DNA from: Octopus sinensis
Lineage: Eukaryota
Assembly (NCBI RefSeq): GCF_006345805.1
Contig: NC_042998.1
Coordinates: forward strand, 126,356,001 to 126,420,000
Direction: 5' to 3'
Length of the DNA stretch: 64,000 nt
How positions within the stretch are numbered: the stretch's first letter is position 1; the number at the start of each line of letters is the position of its first letter. The translations under genes and the position numbers were made by a program. Below the pieces are notes generated by a model, which had not been told where the DNA came from, searched no databases, and saw only the letters and a program-made list of their open reading frames with translations. Shown one piece after another: positions 13,161 to 25,819 of the stretch.

Positions 13161-13875
13161 CCCATTTTGAATCTCAATTTCACTGAGATGAGCAGGTTTT
13201 CTCAAGAACTGCATACTGCCAGTTGTCTTGGTTTTATATCATCTCCTGTGAAGTTCAAGGTCCTGAGATCAGCCTTCACCACATTGCCCTATGTCTTCCT
13301 TGGACTTCCTCTTCTGCAAGTTCCATCTACATTGATTGGCATGTCTTTATACAACTCTCCTCATCCATATGCATCATATATTCATATCAATGCAATTTTC
13401 TTTTTTGCACACTACATCTGATTCATCTAATATCCAGTTTTTATCTCAAAATATTTGTACTTTGTTGTTCATGCACACTTACAATGCACATTCAGTGGAG
13501 CATGCTTGCTTCATTTCTTTCCAGTCATTTAAAGCCCTCTGCATTCAAGGCTCATGTTTCACTGCTATGCAGCATGGCAGTTCCAACACAAACGTCATGC
13601 AATCTGCCCTTCACTTTAAGGGAAAAGTCGTTTGGTCTCTGCAGCAGTAATAGCTCCCTGAACATTTCCAACTCATTCCTATCCTAGCTTATATACGTTC
13701 AGAGCAACCACCTCCCTACTAATTATATCTGCTTGGTAACAAAAGCAGTCAACTACTTCTTATGAGCCATCCAGGCATTTTAGAGAATCTATTTCCAGTG
13801 TACTTATAATATGTACTGTTCCACTGCATCTATCACATATGAAGCTTGGTTTCTCAGTCTGCCTATGATTCCACA
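13160..13875 (-). mobile_element. Decayed RTE LINE, 3' coding fragment
   Basis: Homologous to the 61547-62284 copy (gagatcagccttca...catgtcttcc...; minus-strand KGRLHDVCV and HSSET-like motifs). Confidence 0.75.
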
Positions 13876-15215
13876 TTTCCAAAACTCTTCAGATATATTT
13901 CTTCACAATAATATCTGAAAATTAAACATCCTTATTATGATCTAGTTACTGTAAATTTTCCCTCCCTTTCCAAGTAGTTTGATTCATCCTTTTAATTATC
14001 CTTTTTTTATTCTATATATTTTCCTATTTTTCTGTCATATCTTTTACTTAATATCCATCAGCATGACTTATCAGTTTTTTTTTTAAAAGATAGAGGAAAA
14101 GAAAAATGGCTGTTTGTGATATTGTGAGGTTACATTGAAGGTGAGGAGGCTCATATGGTAAAGTGTCTAAAAATATAGTAAGAAACTTGCACAGAAAACT
14201 GCGACCTGCTTATCAGTACTGGGCTGTTTGGCTTACTGAGTTTTTTGTTATTGGGACAGGCTGTGATGAAAATATTTAGAGGCAGCAAATTTTTTAAAAT
14301 TTGCAAGGGGGGAATCACATTGGCTGTAGGGTTAATGTCATACAGCTCACAAGATAGCTATTAGCTCAAACATTACTATATGTTTCTAGGTAGTATATAT
14401 ACTTTGCTTCAGGCAGCCCCACTAGCTGAAAATCCTGTCCTATCTCATAGTTAGTATGGTGGTCAGCATTGTTCCTTTTAACCTGTGAATGTGTGTGTGT
14501 GTTCACATACTTAGCTTTTGCAAGCAGCACACAACAGAAATTGTATGCATAAAAAGTCAGTGGCTTAAAATAATGCAGCAATTGATAATTATACATATTA
14601 ATCATTCTGTATGAACATATTTTTTCAGTGGAAGAATTTTGCATAGCCTAAGATTTTTGCACATACTGACTACTGTACATTTGAGTAAATGCTGGAGGTT
14701 AGCTATCTGTAAAAGCTATGATCCAACAAAACCATCCCATCTATGATAGTTTGAAAAATTTTTTACTATAAGAGCATAAATAATTTTGTGAATAGCTCTT
14801 TAAAAATAACTGATTATAACTTTCATCTTGTTCAAACAATTTTCATTGATTTAGAATTAATTACATTTTTTAAGTTGTGTGAAAAGGAGAAATGTGTAAT
14901 TCAGTGTAAATAATGTGCATATTACTTCCTTTTCTTTTATCAGTTTGATGATTTCATTGGTATAATTGTTGCTGTTACATAAAACTGTTCTAAGTGTTAA
15001 ACCCACTTGCTTGTTTAATCCATTCACATGGAAACGTACCTTCACTGAATTAAGAGCTATAAAATTACAAATAATGGTGGTGACATTGATACTCTGTTTT
15101 GCCACTAATTCTCTGAAGACTGATTTATTAAACCTTTCATTGCTAATCTTTTTTTTTTATGTTTTTAATAGCTCCCTATGCAATTATATATGTTGTGACT
15201 TTCAATATTTTGCAG

Positions 15216-15380
15216 GCCCAAAACAAGCAAACTGGAGAATTTGCAGCATTGAAGAAAGTTGAGATAAAGACTGAAGAGGATCTTGAGGATTTTACTGTTG
15301 AAATAGACATCCTCTATGAGTGCCGGCATGAAAATGTTGTTGCTCTTCATGAAGCTTATTTTTATGATGATTTTCTTTGG
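15216..15380 (+). CDS. SLK: Internal coding exon of an STE20-like kinase (SLK/STK10/Slik orthologue), subdomains II-IV; 165 nt, phase 0 to 0
   Basis: Acceptor ttttgcag| and donor |gttagt. Translation AQNKQTGEFAALKKVEIKTEEDLEDFTVEIDILYECRHENVVALHEAYFYDDFLW has the AxK lysine and alphaC Glu and closely resembles SLK/STK10 as I recall it (AQNKET..AAAKVI.TKSEEELEDY.VEIDIL..CDHP). Confidence 0.95.
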
Positions 15381-15648
15381 GTTAGTATGCTTGTTCTCTT
15401 GATAACCATTCCAGTTTTTAAAGCTTGATAAGGAGGGTAGTTTAAGATGATTTATTTGTTACTTAAATGTTCACTTTTGTTGTTTATTTTTTTTAAGGCT
15501 AAATTGTAAAGGTTATTTAGAGGGTCAACCACATTTGTTTCAGTGTTATTTGCCGAGAATGTTATCTGGTGTAATCTTTAACCATACTCAAGCTTTATTT
15601 CACAGAATTCAGTACTTTTTAGGCTGGCTGTGAGTGGGTTTGAAATTA

Positions 15649-15808
15649 CGGAGTGGTTGGTGTTAGGAAGGGCATCCAGCTGTAGAAACATTGCCAGATA
15701 AGACCGGAGCCTGGTGCAGCCTTCTGGCTTCCCAGATCCCCGGTTGAACCGTCCAACCCATGCTAGCATGGAGAACGGACGTTAAACGATGATGATGATG
15801 ATGATGAT
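15649..15808 (+). mobile_element. RTE-tail repeat (family B), short 3' copy
   Basis: ggagtggttggtgttaggaagggcatccagctgtagaaac...cccatgctagcatgg...gttaaac(gat)n. The same tail ends the RTE coding fragments elsewhere in the window. Confidence 0.85.
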
Positions 15809-15867
15809 ATTCTAAATCACTAGACTGTTCAATTGCATCGTTCATAACAAAAGTTTTGAGTTCAGGT

Positions 15868-17001
15868 CATGATCATGATCATCATCGCTTGACATCCTTC
15901 TTATATGCTGGCATGGGTTGAACAATTCATCAGGATCCTCCAATTTGGAGGACTGTGCATGCTCCGGTGTCTGCTTCGGTATAATTTCTACTGCTGGTTG
16001 CTTATTCCTAATGCCAACCACTTTACAGAGTGTACTGGGTGCCTTTTTTTCCATGGCATCAGCACCAGTGAGATCACCTTTCTACTTAGGGCCTAAACTG
16101 GCCCCTGTAACTGAAGAAGAGAGGTGTGATTATTCTAGGCAGGTTGTTAAGAGAGGATGAAGTGAGATGAACACACTGACTGTGATTGGAGATTATATTA
16201 GTTGAAACATTATGTAGTTAACAACATAAAAAAATGGCCACTAGTATTGTTTTAGTAAGTTATAAAAGAAAAAAAAATGAACTAAGGGAAATAGCTGAAG
16301 TGAACTAGTATAATGAAATTAGATAATTCAGATAAGTGGTGATTTATTGAATGACATACACATAAAAACTGTTTTCATCATCATTTAATGTCCGTTTTCC
16401 ATGCTGGCATAGGCTGAACAGTTTGATAAGAGCTGGTTAGCTGAAGAGCTGCCCAGGCTACATGTCTGTTTTGGCTTGGTTTCTATGGCAGGATGCCTTT
16501 CCTGACACTAACCACTTTACATAGTGTACTGGGTGCTTTTACAGAGCACCAGCACAGTTGCTTTTATGTGACACTGGCATGTGTGTATTTATGTGACACT
16601 GGCATGTGACACTGGCATGTGTGAGCCCACTTGATTAGGATTGCTCAGTTGAAGAGAGATCCAGGGGACATGCTTGCATGCAAAGGCAACAACAATTTTA
16701 CTTAGCTTGATGTTTCCTCTCAAGCTCAGCAAACCACCATATCATCCCTGTGAGGCCCAATGTCTGAAGATCCTTTCTCAACACTTTATCCCAAGTCTTC
16801 CTGGGTCTACTCCTTCCACATGTTCTACTCTTTCCACATCATCATCATCGTTTAACGTCCGCTTTCCATACTAGCATGGGTTGGACATGTGACTGCGGGC
16901 TGGTGAACCAGATGGCTGCACCAGGCTTCAATCTTGATCTGGCAGTGTTTCTACAGCTTGATGCCCTTCCTAACGCCAACCACTCCGAGAGTGTAGTGGG
17001 T
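15868..17001 (-). mobile_element. Three minus-strand family B / RTE 3'-end copies (about 15868-16075, 16375-16835, 16836-17001)
   Basis: Each begins on the plus strand with (cat)n then a tttaac/atgtcc...catgctg/agcatggg-like motif and contains gatgcccttcctaatgccaacc or a decayed form. The middle copy runs into the RTE ORF end. Confidence 0.8.
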
Positions 17002-17149
17002 AAATTTGCTCTAGTTGGTGATGGCAAGAAAAATAATCTAGTGACAATTGTTAGCAACTCTCAAAAGGGGGATAATTTGAAGAAAGTAGGAATTAATTTT
17101 GCAGAGAATGGAATTTTCATGCTTAGTTTTGTTTTCCTTCTCAAAGTAA

Positions 17150-17462
17150 AAGGGTAAAGAGCCCGTTTGATCATGAATGACTATGAGATTGTACCTAGAA
17201 AGTTCCCCTTCGAGGCACAAGTCCGGGCAAGGTTGTTTATGGAAGACCAGCAATTGCCCATACATACCAGCCTCCCCTCTCCACACCAGTGATGTTATCC
17301 AAGGGAAAGGCAAAGGCCGATACAGCTTGGCACCTGTGACGTCGCAACTCATTTCTACAGCTGAGTTAACTGGAGCAACATGAAATAAAGTGTCTTGCTC
17401 ATGAGTTGAACTCACTACCTCATGATTGTGACCTTGATGTTCTAACCACTGAGCCATGTGCC
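17150..17462 (-). mobile_element. tRNA-derived SINE, family D
   Basis: Minus-strand head ggcacatggctcagtggttag...gagttcaactc (A and B boxes), then a gagcaagacactttatttcatgttgctccag core. Related copies at about 17780-18015 and 480-684. Confidence 0.75.
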
Positions 17463-18028
17463 TTTTTTAATTAACTTAGGTTAATTTCAATTCATTAATG
17501 ATGATTTACATACATTAATGATATTCATCACCACCTTTAAGAATCTTTTATCTTTTACCTGTTTCAGTCTTTGGACTGCAGCCATGCTGGGACATTGCTT
17601 TGAAGGGTTTAGTTGAATAAGTCAACCCCATTACTTATTTTTAAGCCTGGTACTTAATCTATTGGTCTCTTATGCCAAACTACTAAGTTATGGGGATATA
17701 AACAAACCAATACTGGTTGTGAAGCAGTGGTGAGTGACAAACACACACACATGCATAGATAATTCTATATATATAACATCATGTGACTGACCAGGTTATC
17801 AGATGTTGTTACACATCACTGGTCACAATGCGCTTTTTGCATTATTTTAGTCTTCAAAGGACGCCACCCCGCTGGCTAAGCAAGTAGGCCAACAATACTT
17901 ACTGGAACAATGTGAAATGAAGTGTTTTGCTCAAGAACACAAGGCACCACCTAGTCAGGGAATCAAACTCGCGATCTAGCAATTGTGAGTGCAACAGCCT
18001 AACCACTGGGTCACGTACTTTCACACGC

Positions 18029-18089
<61 letters not shown>

Positions 18090-19879
18090 TCATAAAATAT
18101 GTCATAAGAGGTTATTGAAGTTGACTGATTCATTTAATAGCTGTTCTCTATGTTGTGACATTTTGTTGTCAAAAGTTTGTTTTTCTAATCAAACATATTG
18201 TGCTACACACTGTTTCCTCTCATTTGTGTAGTTAAAAGCATGATAGATTTAGCTGAAATAACATCAAAACATTAAAATACTGAAATTAAGAATGATGACT
18301 CAACATATCTTCCTTTTCGTCATCGTTGTCTATGCTGGCTTGGTTGGATGGATTGCAAAAAGTCTCTCCACCTAGCTATAAAGATAATTACCATCTCATT
18401 TCACTCATGGATACAGCGATAATAGTTTGTTACCATGAAACTTTGAGTTTTGTCTTCCATCTTCTTTTTAAACTGTTTCTACTATGGCCTTTGTTCCTCT
18501 GTATTTGCTCAGTCTACTCTACTTAAACTTCTTTAGTTCCCTGACCTGTTTTTTTGCTTAAGTACTTTCCACCTGAAATTTCTAGCTGATTCAAGTGTTC
18601 TTTCAAGTTAACCCACAATAATTAAAATTAAGTATTTAACTGTGCTAATCTCATTTGACCATCCTGTCAGCCCTACCTTGCTGGGCCTGGATGATCTCTT
18701 TGGATTTTGAAACAAAATTCATATATGCATCATTAGGTAAAGTTCTTTTTAAAAATCTTTTCTTTTTTTTTTTGTAAATATGCATAGATATTGTTGAAAC
18801 AGGTATTTTGACATACAAATACTTCTTCTGCTACTAATCACACAATTATTTTAAGCTAAACCAGCTGAGGATATCAGAATAATATACACCTTATCCTGTA
18901 ATATAACATGTTGTTACAAGGTTTTGACTGATGTCTCAAGTAATACTCTACCTTAAACTCTCTTAGCATACAGTTATATTTATATATATTTCAATTTACC
19001 TAGAAAATATGTTCTGTGGTATTCAGAGATTTCATGAAAATGTCATTGGAAAGGTAACTGGAGTTGAAAAGTTGTCTTGTTTTGTTCATTTGTTTTTCAC
19101 ATCTAGCAAGGATTAGAATGAATAAATATTCTTGCAGCATTGTTAAGAAATGAACTTCCAATCATACAGCCATGTCTACACTATGTTATGTGTTGTCACT
19201 GTGAAATGATATCAGAGATTGTAAAAACTAGCATTTATTAAGAATGGGAAGATGTTGAATACATGCTGTTCAGAATAGCGAGAATGTTGTGTTGTTAGAA
19301 TATTTCAAATATATAGTTTTTAATTGATGCTGGTAATAAGACTAAGTTGTCCTCTTTCAAGGATGTTTTTGAGGTTTTCTTTCATAGAGGCTGTTCATGA
19401 AAGTTGGGTTGCATATTACTGAGGCCTGTGAGCAGAAATTAAAGAGTAAGGGGGGGGGGGGCACAAACTGTGTCACTTCAAACTCTATAAGCTCTATGGA
19501 GTTTGAAGGAACAGAACTTTCTTGTGTAGAGAAGGGAAAATGTGAAAATATAACCAAACTCTTAAGTACACTTTTGATTGTATGTAAGTCAAAGAGTACT
19601 TTGTTGATATAAGCTGCCCAGCAAATTCCTGATCCAGGTGGTGAAAAATGGAAGGAGCTCATTGAAATGCCTTGTGATAAATGTAGTATTAAGTGAAGAG
19701 CAAGAGCCTATTAGTGTGTGATTAAAAGAAAAAAATGTAGAACATCCTCGCCAGCTTTCTAGTTGATGTACCTCTGCGGATTCCATAGTAGTTGTTACTG
19801 AGCTGAAAAAGTGACACAAGGCATAAAAGGTGATTTCTTATTGTTTCCAAAGATTGCTACACATCCTGTCTGTGTTAAC

Positions 19880-20090
19880 TTGATGGTTGCTCAACCTGCT
19901 AGAAATGGCAGCTAACTCTCAGATCATACACTGTTGCCTTAAAAAATAAGAAATGGAAGAACATGTTGGATAATGTAGTCTCAGATACACTGTTTGAAAA
20001 TAAATATAAGCATACAGAATGGTCATGACTAGAACATATTTGATCATAAGTTTGCTTGATCAGAGGTGGATTGGGGCTAAATAGCAAAAA
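19880..20090 (+). repeat. Interspersed repeat family E (probable LINE 3' end or SINE tail)
   Basis: Motif acctgctagaaat(a/g)gcagc...cttaaaaaa...ttggataatgtagtc recurs at about 2190, 7675, 35330 (-), 40370 (-), 49910 and 52910. Confidence 0.6.
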
Positions 20091-22823
20091 TGTTTCTGCT
20101 TAAAAGCTAAAAGATATAGAATGAATTGGTCTGGACATATTTAGGACTAATAATTACTGATGGTTAAAAGTGTTTATGGAGAACAGTGATAAATAAGGAA
20201 ACAGTATAGTAGTAAAAAGAATTAGTTAAATAGATGATTTCAGATCCTTGTCAGCTTGCAAATACAGATGTAATACAAGCAACATAAAACAAAATGTTTC
20301 TGAACTGTGTAATTGTTATTTTCTTTAATTTGCTTTTATGCTAGTACCTTTGTTTTTCTGAAGTTTTATTATAATTGTTGATAACCATTAATGTACTTAT
20401 AGGAAGTCACACCCAACCATTCAGACATCTAAAATGTCTGAAATGTTACATGTCACAGTTATTAAATGGGAGAGATTTATAACTATCTGCATTAGGATAG
20501 TACAACTTGTTGTTTTAACTATAGACTTCTGAAAAATGTTGAACATATAAAATTACTATTGTATAACTCAATGATTTCATTTGCATTTCTGAACCTGAAA
20601 TTGTCAACCTACTGACATTGAGAACAAAAGTATAAATTCACAAAAGTCTGGTTGATTGAGCAACCATAGAGAATTTTGTCACAAAGCAGCATTATTGTGT
20701 ACCTTTTAGCAGTCAGTATCTAAAGATATATAGAGTTGCTTCAATCCTTGAATTTCAACTTTCCTGCCTTTCTGAATTGAGTAACTATTTTAGGATTTTC
20801 TTTTTATCTTGTAATTTTCTGATGTTCTTGTTTTTTGTTTATCAATACTTGTACTTGTCATTATGCTTTATCAACCTCACCTTTTATGTTATTTTCTACT
20901 CCTTTCAAAGTATTTTCTCAGTTCAAAATAATTAAAAAAAAATCTGGGTAAACAGTAAAGCTTTCAGCAGCTTTATCATGTTAAGTCTTTTCATCTAAAT
21001 GGCTGGCTCTTTTTTTTTTTCATTTTTGTCCTTTATGCATTTTCTATCTATAGGCACAACTTTTGACTAATGAATAAAGTAAAGAAAGTAATGTAATGTG
21101 CTATGGTTGATGTTAATGTACTGGACTATTCGCTGACTACATGGTTATATATTCAGATTTTACTGCAATCATTGTGCTGTAGTTTTAGGAAATGCACATA
21201 AATTTGCTTTTCCAAGTTTATCTTGCCAACAGATTTCTCACTTGCTTTATTGTAAAATGGTTAATGGTATGAAGGGTAGCCATCTGTAAAAATGATTGCT
21301 CCAACAAAAGCTACCTTATTCACCCTTTGAAGAATTGTCATTGAAATCCCTGTATATTACTGGAGGAATGTTGTGCTTTCATTTTCTTAGATTTTGGTTC
21401 CTCAGATCTGGTTATTGAGATCTAAAGTTGATTAAAATTAATCTACGGTCTTTGTGGTTGATTTTTTTTGTAAGTTATTTCCAGTTTCTTTTGATTTACA
21501 AATAATTTCTCCAAATGTTGATTATATTCAATGTTATTTCTCAATTTTGGCATGTAGATTGTTTTGTATTTCTTGTAGCTTTATCCTAGCATGACAGTTA
21601 GTATCCTTGTAGCTAGTATCTTTTTTTTTTATTGTCAGAAAAGGCAAAATGATTGATTGGATAAAGTATGGGATTACTTCTTCATTGCTGGTTCATACCT
21701 GCTGCTAGTCTTTCATTATGTCTCTGACAAGGCCATTTAATTCTATATGCTTTGGTTTAGTCATTTAGAGAGTAGGTGCTACTTACATGTTTCTAATAAA
21801 GTTACTTGTGATAACTAGTATCCTATCCAGAGGTAGATTTACTCTTCCCCCCAGTTAATTTCAGAAACTGGTGTTCAGCTAAGGTTTTCTGGAGATAATT
21901 CATGAGATACATTTTGTTTTTTCAAACAGACACATTACCTCATCTGTTATATTCATGGTACAGTGCCAAATAGCACAGCCATGACTTAGATAATTTCTGT
22001 TTATAGGTTCAAATATGCTGCTACAAAAGTTAAATAAGTAAAAGATTTAAGCACACTAATGCATACACACAAAATTATAAAAGCTTCATTATAGTAAAAT
22101 TTGAATTCCACATTGTGTAATTATATTTGTTTTGGCTCTCAAAGATGAAATTTATGGTAGGTTGAGAGAGGTGTCACTTCTCAAAATGTTTTCTTCACAT
22201 AAAAAACCATAAGTCGTAACAAATGACTTCATGAAATCACAAAGTCTGATTGTGCAAGAGTGAATGGAATTAACAGATGCTTTGTCAGGAATGTAATTCT
22301 AATAAGTTAACCTGCAGACTGCATATTGTGAAAGAGTGACAACTATAATAATGTATTTTACATAAGGATAGACTCAAGTTCCTTTTTAGTTCTGATATCG
22401 TTCTATTGTTTAGTTATATTCATTTATACAACTTTCATGAACCCTAACCATTTTTATATATAGAAATTGTAATATGCTCTTGAATGTGTTAACTATTTTT
22501 TACAAAGTTAATCTTAAAATGACTGACTGGTTTCCTCTGTACTCAATGTTTTAATCCATTTCTTAACTCTGAAATCAATTTCTCTGTATAATACTGTCTT
22601 CTGAATTTGATTTGACTTGCTCTCTCTTTCTCTGAGGTTGTCTCTATGTGTGTATGTCTTTAAAGTTCAAGATTTATTATTTACTTCATATGTTAGTTAA
22701 GATTTGTACTGATTCTAAAATGTATAATGGATTTTTTCCATTGATATTTCTCTCACTCTTCTTGATATATGTATCCATTTTACACTTTTCAGCCAATTGG
22801 GCATATTATCTTGCTCTTTCATA

Positions 22824-23211
22824 TTTTACTTGTTTCAGTCATTAGACTATGGCCATGCTGGAGCACCACCTTGAAGGATTTTAGTCAAATGAATCGACCC
22901 CAGTCTCTTTTTTGCTTTAAAGCCTGATACTTATTCTATTAGTCTCTTTTGCTGAACCACTAATTTGCAGGGATGCAAACACACCAACACTGGTTGTGAA
23001 ACAGTGAAGGGGGTCAAACACATACAGATATATATATATATATATATATATTGGGCTTCTTTCAGTTTCCATCTTCAAACTCCACTCACAAGGCTTTGGC
23101 TGGCCTGAGGCTATAGTAGAAGACACTTGCCCAATGTGCCATGCAGTGGGATTGAACCTGGAATCATGTGGTTGGAAATCAAGATTCTTACTACACAGCC
23201 ATGCCTGCACC
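22824..23211 (-). mobile_element. SINE family A, full length
   Basis: Colinear with the 5267-5638 copy. Confidence 0.85.
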
Positions 23212-25285
23212 TGCTATATATCACATACACACACAGTCTTAGTTACCTTGCTTGCTATACAGGATTTGGTGGAAGGCATTGAATTCTTGTTGGAAATGTC
23301 ACAAAGCTTTGTATTAAATACTTGTTTTTCCTCACTCTCACCACTTCAAATAACTTCTACTTATGTGTATTCTCCATAAGCAAAAAGTGAAATCTTTTCA
23401 CGTTTTAATATATTTCTCACTGTTTAACCAAGCCCATTCCTTGTTTTTTTCTTCAGTTCACTTTTTTACTGTTTTGAAGGAAGTTTCTGGAATAATTAAT
23501 TGAAGTATGTTTATTAATATTTTTTTTTGTTAGTTTCCTTTGTCTCTGCTTCAGGTGCCAGATAATTTTTATTTTATGATATTGATCAAGGATAATAATA
23601 ATAGATGGTGTGTTGTGAATGTAAAATTATTCAGAAGTGTTTGCTAGATTAGCATATTTTCATATTTTCCAATTTGTGGTTTAGTTAATCTTTTATTCTT
23701 ATATCAGATTCTGCCAGGGTGTATTTGCCTTTACTGTCATTAGAACTCAAAAGTAGTTTTGATTTGAAGCTAATAAACAGTCAGTGACAATATGAAGCTA
23801 TTGCATAAAACGTTTTGGTGAATGCTAGATTTATTCTTGATATATAACTTGTATAATGATTCTGTATCATAGAGATTCACATAGTGGAAAATGTGATATA
23901 AATCTTTATTTTTCCAAAGCTTGAAATATATTGTAGAAGTAAGTTTTCATTTTGGAAGTTGCAGAGGATCATTAGAAGCAGTTAATCTTCTAGTTTTAGA
24001 TTGTAGATCATTCCACTATCTAAAACCTAAATAGGGAAACTATCACAACATAAAGGACAGTTAGATACAAGGGAGCTTTATATCTAATGAGAGAAAAAAG
24101 GCATGAAACAAGGCAGTATCTGAAATGATCGAATATATTAAAAGGTGATAATGTGAAAAAAAAAAAGGGCATATCTTTAGAGTAAGCTACTATCATTGGA
24201 GTGAATATTTATTTGATACCAGCTTGCCTGTATGAAGTAATATGAAATATATATTTTAAACTGCTGTTATGTGCAGCTGTTAAGAAGTAAGTTATAAATA
24301 AACAATTAATTCTATGTTGATTGAAATAGAGCTTCATTTGGATGGCTTGGTGCTGTATTAATTAATATGGAATGTAGTTAACAAAAAGTCTCCAAAGGCT
24401 GTAGTTCCGTGCTCTCCTGACATTGCAATCAGCCAATACAACATGAAGGCGACTGCAAGAAAACTAGTATTTAATTATTAGTAAATCTCATTTGAATTCA
24501 TAATTAAGTTAGATCATTTATGTGATTTCATTTAAACTGAAACTGTGTGAAGCTTTAGTATAGAGAAATGGACAACAGCAACCCTTATGATTTCCAACAC
24601 ATGTGTACATGTATGTATGTACATACATATACAAACAAATTTACATACAAAGATGGGTCCTTTTTTTTTTTTGTAAAAATTTTTTTTATTGTTTACCTGA
24701 AGTGTGATTCATGGCAGTTGGCTCCTTTTTTGAGAAATCTCATTTTGGTGATGAAGATACTGTGTTGCATCCACTGAAAAATGACGGGTTGAAGTCTATG
24801 ATGAAAATACATAGAAGTTAGACACTGTTTCAAAATAAGATATGGATAACAAAGAGTGGAAGACCTACAGAATTCAGTCAAGATGATGGAGCTAGTGGAT
24901 ACTGAGAAAAGTTTGAATAAGTCAGTTTAATGTAAAATAAGTAATATACAAAATGAGTTATGTCTTGCAAGTGGCGTATAGGCTGTCTGATTAAGATATC
25001 CTGTCAATATTTTGATGTTTACTTTTGATTCTATGAACATTTCCATAGTAATACTAATATATACCTAATGAACTGTTATTTTAAAATATTAATTTAGAGC
25101 TTGTCCATTCTGCTATCTATTCAGTCACATTTTATGGTTTAAGTTGGGAAAAAATTACCTTACCAAGTTTACAGCTCTTGCTTGACATAGCAGTCATTTC
25201 ATCTACTTAAAAGTAATTTGTCTTTTAACCTAAGCTGTATAGTTTTCAGAAAACAAACATATACTTAACAAATGTGTGTGTGAGG

Positions 25286-25770
25286 TCATCATCATCTAAC
25301 ATCTGTTTTCCATGCCGGCATGGTTTAAACTGTTTACTGGAGCTGGTAAACCAGAGAGCTGTACTAGGCTCCAGTCGTCTGTTTTGGCTTGGTTTCTATG
25401 GTTGGATGCCCTTCCTAACACCAACTGCTACAAAGAATGTACTGGGTATCTTTTATGTGTCACTGGCACCGCTACCTTTTACATGTTACCAGCATGGGTG
25501 CCCTCTATGTGTCACCAGCACAGGTGCTGTTTATGTGTCAAGCACCATAAATTTACTAGAAGTCTCTGTAACTTGTCACCACCTCTGTGAGACTCAGCAA
25601 CTAAAGATCATATTTCACCACCTTGTTCCATGTCTCTCTGGGTCTACCTCTTCCACAGGTTCACTCCACAATTACAGATTGGCTCTTCTTTACACAGCTG
25701 TCCTTGTCCATACACAATACATGACCATACGAGCACATTCTTCTCTCTTGCAAACTACATCTGATGCTTA
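25286..25770 (-). mobile_element. RTE LINE 3' end with family B tail
   Basis: Family B tail followed by ccatgtctctctgggtctacctcttccacaggttc (minus strand GRGRPRETW), the RTE ORF end. Confidence 0.75.
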
Positions 25771-25819
25771 TACACACATACATACACATTGTTTGTGATT
25801 GATACAAGTAATATGTAAT

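Noticed and set aside
1-15215. Search for the first kinase exon (GxLGDGAFGKVYK) and, after 58177, the MAPE exon
   Set aside because: Neither was found by eye or in the ORF track; both presumably lie outside the window.
15159-15428. ORF-track start and stop for the kinase fragments (also 56040-56255)
   Set aside because: The ORFs run past the splice sites; true boundaries are set by AG/GT ends and kinase homology.
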